Shown: piece after piece, positions 26,048-32,793 of the stretch | Layout: each line of letters opens with the position of its first letter | Position numbering within the stretch: the first letter of the stretch is position 1 | Assembly: GCA_900545165.1 (NCBI GenBank) | Contig: UQYA01000002.1 | Span: 2,543-66,542 of the forward strand | DNA length: 64,000 nucleotides | Direction of reading: 5' to 3' | From: an uncultured Collinsella sp. | Lineage (GTDB): Bacteria; Actinomycetota; Coriobacteriia; Coriobacteriales; Coriobacteriaceae | Position numbers and translations under genes: made by a program | The notes under the pieces: model-generated | The model's input: the letters and a program-made list of their open reading frames with translations, nothing else | Databases searched by the model: none | Told to the model about the DNA's origin: nothing

Positions 26048-27439
26048 TTATCTCCGCTCGCACATCTCGGCAAACGAAATCAGCTTGGCATCTCCCCTAC
26101 TCTCCGCGGCATCCCGACATCCCTGCGTAAAGCCGCTTTTTGAGAAAAGCGCATAGCTTTTATGCTGCCGCCTAAAAAGCTCGCTTCGGTACACGAGCTT
26201 TTCCAGAACATCCTCGCCTACCGGTTCATTGCGCCATTTGCACTCCGCAAACAGCGCAGCGCCCTCGCCATCGTCAACAATCAAGTCGATTTCTTCCTGC
26301 GTATGCGTGCGATTATCCGTCCCCCACCAGCGCCCAACGCTTGCCGGAACCACATCGAGCTGGCCCGCGCGTGCGAGTTCGTACACGTATTGCCTGCATA
26401 TAAGCTCAAAGACCGTGCCCATGTAATCCGATACGTGCGGCTCAATGCGCTCATACGCCATCTCGGCCATATCGTTTTGAATCAGCCCGATGTTCTGCGG
26501 AACAAACTTGTACCAGAACCTAAACATCTGATCGCTCAGCAGATACACGGCTCGCTTATTGCTCGTCTCGTTTAGGGGCAGCTCGCGCTCGACAATCCCA
26601 AGCGACGCCAGCTTATCCACATAGCTCTTTACGTTGCTCGCAGGGATTCCCGTAGAGCTCGCAATCTCCGAGATCTTCGAGCGCCCCTGAGCAATTGCTT
26701 GCACGATCGCATCATATTGCTCGGGATTGCGGCACTCTTGCAATAGCAGGTTACTCGGCTCTTCAAAGAGATAACCCGTAGGGGTAAGAAAAAGACGCTT
26801 GATGTTGTCCTTGAGCGATACGGTAGGATCGACTTTCTCGATATATGCAGGAATGCCGCCCATCATGCCATAGCAAACCGCAGCGTCTTCGCGACCCATG
26901 CTCTGCCACAGGCCGAGGGTCGTCGTAAAATCGAGCGGCATGATCTTAAACTGGGCCGTACGCCTACCGTATAGTGGACTCTCGTAGCTCAACACCTGCT
27001 CTTCCATGAACGAAAGCGACGACCCGCACAGGATAAGCATGAGCTTGGTCTCTTTGTACAGGTGATCGATCTTATCTTGCAGCAACGAGCTGATCTCGGG
27101 ATTCGATTGGGCGAGATAGGGATACTCGTCAATCACGACAATCAAACGTTCCGCGCGAGCCATGGTGGCCAATGCATCGAACGCCTCGTCAAAACTACGA
27201 AACGACACGCCAGCAACACCAACGGAGCCCGCAAGTATCGCCTGGCTAAAGCCATGCAGGTTTGCCTCTGCATTGGTACGACGAGCTTGAAAGTAAATAG
27301 CCTTCTTGCCTTGGATGAACTCTGTGATAAGACGCGTTTTGCCCACGCGACGGCGGCCGTAAATCACAGGCATCTCAAAGGAGCCCGTGCCATACAGTCG
27401 ATTGAGCTCGGACATTTCCGCTGTTCTTCCGATAAACAT
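26048..27439 (-). CDS. AAA-type ATPase with DUF234-like C-terminus (Arch_ATPase family)
   Basis: 463 aa. Walker A is GRRRVGKT and Walker B-like is LIVVIDEYPY. There is a wHTH-like middle segment. The C-terminus EIDLIVDDGEG..LFAECKW resembles a PD-(D/E)xK motif. Confidence 0.8.
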   Translation of the reverse strand: MFIGRTAEMSELNRLYGTGSFEMPVIYGRRRVGKTRLITEFIQGKKAIYFQARRTNAEANLHGFSQAILAGSVGVAGVSFRSFDEAFDALATMARAERLIVVIDEYPYLAQSNPEISSLLQDKIDHLYKETKLMLILCGSSLSFMEEQVLSYESPLYGRRTAQFKIMPLDFTTTLGLWQSMGREDAAVCYGMMGGIPAYIEKVDPTVSLKDNIKRLFLTPTGYLFEEPSNLLLQECRNPEQYDAIVQAIAQGRSKISEIASSTGIPASNVKSYVDKLASLGIVERELPLNETSNKRAVYLLSDQMFRFWYKFVPQNIGLIQNDMAEMAYERIEPHVSDYMGTVFELICRQYVYELARAGQLDVVPASVGRWWGTDNRTHTQEEIDLIVDDGEGAALFAECKWRNEPVGEDVLEKLVYRSELFRRQHKSYALFSKSGFTQGCRDAAESRGDAKLISFAEMCERR

Positions 27440-27456
27440 AGGGCCATCCTTCCTTT

Positions 27457-27508
27457 ACGTTATAGCTAGCTATATTATATCTTCCTATAATATAGCTAGC
27501 TATAACGT
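27457..27508. promoter_or_regulatory. 23-bp perfect inverted repeat (6-bp spacer) immediately upstream of the ATPase gene
   Basis: ACGTTATAGCTAGCTATATTATA-tcttcc-TATAATATAGCTAGCTATAACGT. It lies 18 nt upstream of the start codon at 27439 and contains TATAAT on both strands. Confidence 0.5.
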
Positions 27509-27563
27509 AATTCGACAAGCGGCGCACGCAAAAGGGTCGGTACACCACCGCACGTGGACCGTT

Positions 27564-27798
27564 CCGGAAAATGTATCCCGTTCTGGAGCCAAAAACTGGG
27601 CCGTAGTTTCCGCCAAGCATGCCATCCGGAAAGTGCGTCCCACCCCGAGGCTCGATTCCGGGACGCAGTTTCCGTTTGAGGCCCGATCTGGAAACGGCAT
27701 CCCACTCTGAGGCCGAAATCTGGGATGTAGTTTCCGCTTGAAGGGCGATCCGGAAAGCACGTCCCATTCCGAGTGGCAATTCCGGGTCACAGTTTCCG
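27564..27798. repeat. ~62-bp dyad tandem repeat, array B (~3.8 units)
   Basis: CCGGAAA-N5-TCCC elements at 27564, 27626, 27688 and 27749 alternate with GGGAC-N4-TTTCCG elements at 27597, 27659, 27720 and 27783. Confidence 0.85.
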
Positions 27799-28093
27799 CA
27801 GACACAGACGACGACCTGCAGCCCTTATCACATGCCTTCAAATATACGATCCAGAGACACAAAACAGCAGATAGAATGCTCTTTTTCAAAAAAGTACACG
27901 TCCCGATACTTACCCAGTCTTCATAACTCGCTACCGTTCAAGGTCGCCGATTACCGCCCACCGATTCAGCTTCAAAAAATGACGTCAAAACCAGGCCATC
28001 TACCTGCATGGTTAGATTTTGGTCAGCTTTTGGTCAGCTGAGCGGCAAGTTCCAGTTGATACGTTTTTGCTACCCAAAAGGAGGCGGTAGCTC

Positions 28094-29092
28094 ATGACCC
28101 ATTGCAATGACCAACTCATCGACCAGCTGTTGAACCAAGCCGAACAAGAGGGGCGCTGTCTGATTCCCCCGAGCGCGGCGATCCGAAAAGCGCTCCTTCG
28201 GCGCACCGGCGGCACGGTTGTCTCGCCCATGCCGGGGTTGTTTGCGCGAAAAACGCGCTGGGATGAACTCAACCGAGCGCAACGCCATTGCGAGACTATC
28301 CGCGCCCTTGCGATCATCCATCCCGATTGGACGTTCTGCTCGTTTTCGGCAGCTTGCCTGCTGGGGCTCGAGGTCTCGTGGCGACACCTGAACGTCGTGC
28401 ATGTTTGCAGCTCGATAAAGCCGTCGGCTCGTCCGGGCGCACATATTCAGCAACACCAGATCGAGCCGGCCGGAGCAATACGCAGAGCCGGCATATCGGT
28501 AACGCCGCCCATCCAAACGGCCACAGATTGCCTGCTGCAAACTGGTTTTGCCGACGGCATGCCCATTGCCGATTCGGCGATCTCAAAGCTCGGCCTTACG
28601 CGAGAGCAGTTGATGGAGGCCGTCGAGCAACGAGCGACCGCCCGCAATGGTCGCGCGATTCGCACCGCCCTCACCACGCTTCGATATGCCGACGCCCGCG
28701 CCGAGAGCGGCGGGGAATCGGTCGCCCGAGCCGTCATGATCGAGACGGGCTTTGCGCCCGACTGGCTTCAATACGAGCTGACGGACCCCTTCGATTCGGC
28801 CAAGCCCATACGAACGGACTTTGCCTGGGAGCGCCAGGCGCGGGAACTCACGCTGGGCGAGCTCGACGGGCTCATCAAATATACCGACCAGACCATGCTG
28901 GCCGGACGCACCACCGCCGAGGCGCTCGTTGCCGAACGACAGCGCGAGGCGCACCTATCGCTCTACGGCCACCCTCTGCTGCGCTTTACCATGAACGAGG
29001 TCCGCTCGGCAGGAATGCTCGCCAAAAAGCTGCAGACGGCAGGCATCCGACAGACCGCTCTACCGACATGGCTCAACGAGGTGGACCTGTAG
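28094..29092 (+). CDS. hypothetical protein: AbiEi-like N-terminus plus DUF559/Vsr-like endonuclease-fold C-terminus
   Basis: 332 aa. AAAGGAGG lies upstream of ATG 28094. The N-terminus has ..SPMPGLFARK.. and ..CSFSAACLLGLEV. The C-terminus (ESGGESVARAVMIETGF..., PIRTDFAW, GELDGLIKY) fits the DUF559 pattern as I remember it. Confidence 0.55.
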   Translation: MTHCNDQLIDQLLNQAEQEGRCLIPPSAAIRKALLRRTGGTVVSPMPGLFARKTRWDELNRAQRHCETIRALAIIHPDWTFCSFSAACLLGLEVSWRHLNVVHVCSSIKPSARPGAHIQQHQIEPAGAIRRAGISVTPPIQTATDCLLQTGFADGMPIADSAISKLGLTREQLMEAVEQRATARNGRAIRTALTTLRYADARAESGGESVARAVMIETGFAPDWLQYELTDPFDSAKPIRTDFAWERQARELTLGELDGLIKYTDQTMLAGRTTAEALVAERQREAHLSLYGHPLLRFTMNEVRSAGMLAKKLQTAGIRQTALPTWLNEVDL

Positions 29093-29127
29093 GAGCTGTT
29101 GAGCTTATGCCCGTCTGCTTGGCAAAG

Positions 29128-29391
29128 CGGGACACACTTTCCGGTTGGCAGCACCCGCGGAAACCAGGGCCCAGATTGAGTGTTCAAAACGGGGTGCGCT
29201 TTCCATATGGCATGCCTAGCGGAAACCGTGTCCCGGAATCAAGGCCTAGAACGGGACAGACTTTCCGGTTGAAGCGCCCAGCGGAAACTGCATCCCGGAA
29301 TAGACGCTCAAACTGGGACGCAGTTTCCGGTTTCCTGCTGTTCCGGAAAGTACGTCCCATTCTGAGCGCCAAATCCGGGACACAGTTTCCG
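29128..29391. repeat. ~62-bp dyad tandem repeat, array C (~4.3 units)
   Basis: GGGAC-N4-TTTCCG elements at 29128, 29190, 29252, 29314 and 29376 alternate with CGGAAA-N5-TCCC elements at 29157, 29219, 29281 and 29343. Orientation is the same as arrays A and B. Confidence 0.85.
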
Positions 29392-29406
29392 CATGCGGAG
29401 GCGCTC

Positions 29407-29442
29407 CAAACAAAAGGCCCCGGCTCGCGATGGGGCTGGGGC
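29407..29442 (-). terminator. probable rho-independent terminator of the xdhD operon
   Basis: On the minus strand: GGCCCCAGC-(9 nt)-GCCGGGGCC followed by TTTTGTTTG. It lies ~70 nt after the xdhD stop. Confidence 0.5.
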
Positions 29443-29512
29443 CAAAGGTGCAGCGTATGTAGTTGATGTTCAGCGCGAACAGCCCGTCAGCAACGGCCGT
29501 GCGCGCCCTACC

Positions 29513-32290
29513 CTACCCGCGGTGACGGGCGCGGCTGTAGGGCGTATCCACCATGGGCAGATCTGGACGCAGCTTACCGTCAAACGCGCGGTAGGCATTC
29601 TGCACGGCGGGCGCCGTGGGGATCGTTGCGATCTCGCCGATGCCCTTGCCGCCGTATGCCACGGGCAACAGCTCGTCCTTCTCCACGTAGATGGCGTGGA
29701 TATTCGGAATCTCGGGCGCGCGGAACAGCCCGAGGGTGCCGTACCTGGCCTGGGGCACGCAGTCCTTGAGCGGCCAATCCTCGGTAAGCGCATAGCCCAT
29801 ACCCATGAGCACGCCGCCTTCGATCTGACCCTGGATGGAGATGGGGTTGACCACCTTGCCGGAATCGTGTGCGGCATAGACCTCGCTCACGCGGCCGTCA
29901 TCATCCAGAATGACCACATGCGTGGCAAACCCGTAGCAGATGTGGCTCTTGGGGTTGGGAACGTCGGCGCCCAGCTTGTCGGTCGGCTCCAGGTACACGT
30001 AGCCAAACTCGCATCCCTCGAGCGCCTTGATGGCAGCCGCGGGATCCTGAGGATGCATACCCTGGTCGGCGACGAGCTCCTGCGTGCGCAGCTGATAGGC
30101 GCGACCGTCGTCGTACTCGATCTTGACGCCGTCGCCGTGGGCGCTCACCGGGCCAGTAGGCGCAGGCTTGCCGGCCTCGACGTCAAGCATGGCATCGCGC
30201 AGCAAGAAGGCGGCACCGCGCACAGCCTCGCCGGTCACGACCGTCTGACGCGAGCCAGACGTGGTGCCGGAGTCGGGAGCGTTCTCGGTGGAGCACTCGC
30301 CGTTGGCAATGCAGCTCAGCGGTAGACCGCAGGCCTCGGCAACGTCCTGCAAAAAGACGGTGTTGCAGCCCTGGCCGATGTCGGACGTGGCGGCGTAGAC
30401 CACGGCGCGGCCATCCTCGATGCGGATCTTGCAGCGGCCGGCATCGGGCAGGCCCACGCCCACGCCGGCGTTCTTCATGGCGCAGGCGATACCGGCGTGT
30501 CCGGGATGCGCGTAGTAGGCATCCTTGACCTCGAGCAGCGTCTCTTTAAGCGCCGTGGAGCAATCGGCAATCTGGCCGTTGGGCAGAACCTCGCCCGGCT
30601 CGATGGCGTTGCGGTAGCGAATCTCCCACGGATCCAGGCCGACCTTCTCTGCCAGCAGGTCGATCAGGCTCTCGAGCGCAAACTCGGACTGGCAGACGCC
30701 AAAGCCGCGGTACGCGCCGGCGGGCGGGTTGTTGGTGTAGTAGCCAAAGCCGCGAATGTCGGTGTTCTGGTACTTGTAGGGGCCGACGGCATGCGTACAG
30801 GCGCGCTCGAGCACCGGGCCGCACAGCGACGCGTAGGCGCCGGTATCAAAGTTGATCTCGCAATCCAGGCCGGTAAAGTTGCCCTCGGCGTCGCAGCCCA
30901 GCGTAAAGGTGCCGTCCATGGCGTGGCGCTTGGGATGGAACGCGAGCGACTCGGCGCGCGTGAGCTTGCACTTCACAGGACGCTGGAACTTATATGCGGC
31001 GAGCGCGGCCAGGTGCTGGATGGACACGTCCTCCTTGCCGCCAAAGCCGCCGCCCACGAGCATGGTCTCGACGACCACGCGCTCGGGCTCGTTATCCCAG
31101 CCAAACATGTGGGCGCACTCTTTGCGCGTATCGTAAGTGCCCTGGTCGGTCGATTGCACCTTGACGCCGTTCTTGTACGGGAAGGCGACGGCGCACTCGG
31201 GCTCCAAGAAGGCATGCTCGGTAAAGGGCGTGGTAAAGCGCTGCGTCACGGTGAACGCGCTCTCCGCCAGCGCCTTGGCGGCGTCGCCGCGCGTCACGTG
31301 ACGGCTCTGGCACACGTTGTCCTTGAGCTCCACCGTGTTGCCAAAGGCAAAGAAACTGTCATGCAGGCGCGGCGCGTCGGCGGCCTTGGCCTCGGCGATG
31401 TTGCGCACGGGCTCCAGAGGCTCGTAATCGATCTTTACGAGCTTCTTGGCCTTCTCGAGCGTCGCCTCGTCCTCGGCAACCACCAGCACGATGGCATCAC
31501 CCACGCAGCGGGTGATATCGCCCTGGGCGATCATGACGTCCCAGTCCTGGATAAGGTGACCGACCTGGTTGACCGGCACGTCCTCGGCGCGCAGGATGCC
31601 CACCACGCCGGGCAGGGCCTCGGCCTTGGAGGTATCGATGGAGAGCACGCGGGCGCGCGGATACTTGGAGCGCACGGCGCTGGCGTAGGTCAGACCCGGC
31701 TGATCGAGCTCGTCGATGTCGTCGGGATACTTGCCCTCGCCGAGCACCTTCTTGCGCACGTCGATACGGAAGGCGCGCTTGCCCACGCCGTAGTCGTCGC
31801 CGCGCTCCAAGCCCTCGTCAATCTGCTTTTCGCCGCGGAGCACCGCAGCGGCCAGCGAAATGCCCTCAATAATCTTCTTGTAGCCGGTGCAACGGCAGAC
31901 ATTGCCGCGAATGGCGTACTTAATCTGCTCCTCGGTGGGCTCGGGGTCCTCGGCGATGAGCGCCGCACCCGCCATGACCATACCGGGGATGCAAAAGCCG
32001 CACTGTACGGCGCCCACGGCGCCAAAGGCGTACACAAAGGCCTCGCGCACGTCCTCGGGCAGGCCCTCGACGGTCACGATGTTGCGGCCGGCGGCAAGAG
32101 CGGTGGTCAGCACGCAGGCCTTGACGGCCGCACCGTCCACGTGGATGGTGCAGGTACCGCAGGCGCCCTCGGAGCATCCGTCCTTGGCGGAATGGATATG
32201 CAGGTCGTCGCGCAGGTAGCGCAGTAGCGGTTTATTTTGGGTCATCGTGCGCTCGATGCCGTTAACGGTAAAAGTGAATTCCTGTGCCAT
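29513..32290 (-). CDS. xdhD: XdhD-type molybdopterin hydroxylase with fused N-terminal 2Fe-2S domains
   Basis: 925 aa. N-terminus DGCSEGACGTCTIHVDG and CGFCIPG/CRCTGY are the two 2Fe-2S motifs of xanthine-dehydrogenase-family proteins. They are followed by an aldehyde-oxidase/XDH Mo-binding body. Confidence 0.85.
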   Translation of the reverse strand: MAQEFTFTVNGIERTMTQNKPLLRYLRDDLHIHSAKDGCSEGACGTCTIHVDGAAVKACVLTTALAAGRNIVTVEGLPEDVREAFVYAFGAVGAVQCGFCIPGMVMAGAALIAEDPEPTEEQIKYAIRGNVCRCTGYKKIIEGISLAAAVLRGEKQIDEGLERGDDYGVGKRAFRIDVRKKVLGEGKYPDDIDELDQPGLTYASAVRSKYPRARVLSIDTSKAEALPGVVGILRAEDVPVNQVGHLIQDWDVMIAQGDITRCVGDAIVLVVAEDEATLEKAKKLVKIDYEPLEPVRNIAEAKAADAPRLHDSFFAFGNTVELKDNVCQSRHVTRGDAAKALAESAFTVTQRFTTPFTEHAFLEPECAVAFPYKNGVKVQSTDQGTYDTRKECAHMFGWDNEPERVVVETMLVGGGFGGKEDVSIQHLAALAAYKFQRPVKCKLTRAESLAFHPKRHAMDGTFTLGCDAEGNFTGLDCEINFDTGAYASLCGPVLERACTHAVGPYKYQNTDIRGFGYYTNNPPAGAYRGFGVCQSEFALESLIDLLAEKVGLDPWEIRYRNAIEPGEVLPNGQIADCSTALKETLLEVKDAYYAHPGHAGIACAMKNAGVGVGLPDAGRCKIRIEDGRAVVYAATSDIGQGCNTVFLQDVAEACGLPLSCIANGECSTENAPDSGTTSGSRQTVVTGEAVRGAAFLLRDAMLDVEAGKPAPTGPVSAHGDGVKIEYDDGRAYQLRTQELVADQGMHPQDPAAAIKALEGCEFGYVYLEPTDKLGADVPNPKSHICYGFATHVVILDDDGRVSEVYAAHDSGKVVNPISIQGQIEGGVLMGMGYALTEDWPLKDCVPQARYGTLGLFRAPEIPNIHAIYVEKDELLPVAYGGKGIGEIATIPTAPAVQNAYRAFDGKLRPDLPMVDTPYSRARHRG

Positions 32291-32302
32291 GGTGATTCCC
32301 TT

Positions 32303-32782
32303 CTACACGCCGGCGGCGATGCCGGTGCGGTCGTGGATGGCGCCATGCGGGCAGACGACGGCGCACATGCCGCACGACAGGCAGTCCACGCCGTCGATAT
32401 GGGCGCAGTTGTCCACGATGCGGATAGCGCCGGCAGGGCACTTTTTGGCGCACATACCGCAACCGATGCAGCTCGTGTCGCAGACCTTGCGCGCAATGGC
32501 ACCCTTATCGGTGTTGTTGCAGCGCACCAGAATGTTCTGGTAGCCGGGGACGAAGGCAATCACGCGCTGCGGGCACGCCATGCCGCACAGGCCACAGCCC
32601 GTGCACTTGGAGCGGTCCACGCGGGCGATGCCATCGACCAGCGCAATGGCGCCGTGGGGGCAGGCCGTGACGCAGGCGCCACAGCCAATGCAGCCTTCGC
32701 TGCAGCGGGCGTCGCCGCCCGCGGAGGCACAACCGCTTCCGCAGGCAACGTAGGCCACATTATGTTGAATGGATTTGGCCAT
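32303..32782 (-). CDS. polyferredoxin, four 4Fe-4S motifs
   Basis: 159 aa with CIGCGACVTACP, CTGCGLCGMACP, CIGCGMCAKKCP and CLSCGMCAVVCP. Confidence 0.8.
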   Translation of the reverse strand: MAKSIQHNVAYVACGSGCASAGGDARCSEGCIGCGACVTACPHGAIALVDGIARVDRSKCTGCGLCGMACPQRVIAFVPGYQNILVRCNNTDKGAIARKVCDTSCIGCGMCAKKCPAGAIRIVDNCAHIDGVDCLSCGMCAVVCPHGAIHDRTGIAAGV

Positions 32783-32793
32783 AAGAGACTCGC

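Noticed and set aside
25841-29372. Track ORFs lying inside the arrays (25841..26143, 25857..26156, 27375..27779, 27387..27710, 27500..27889, 29184..29372)
   Set aside because: They are overlapping ORFs on both strands generated by the repeat itself. They have repetitive translations and no SD.
25920-29391. CRISPR array interpretation of the ~62-bp periodic repeats
   Set aside because: - The period fits CRISPR, but repeat copies are only ~70% identical.
- The 'spacers' are themselves conserved between units, and each unit is an inverted-repeat pair.
- There are no cas genes and no leader.
- It is better described as a degenerate dyad tandem repeat.
25920-29391. Integron attC / gene-cassette interpretation
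   Set aside because: Cassette-like genes flanked by imperfect palindromes are suggestive. However, there is no intI, there is no R'/R'' GTTRRRY core, and the sites are multi-copy tandem arrays rather than single attC sites.
6679-29450. Calling the island an integrative element, prophage or transposon
   Set aside because: I recognised no integrase, recombinase, transposase, tRNA target, phage structural gene or terminal repeat. It is kept as an 'accessory island' only.
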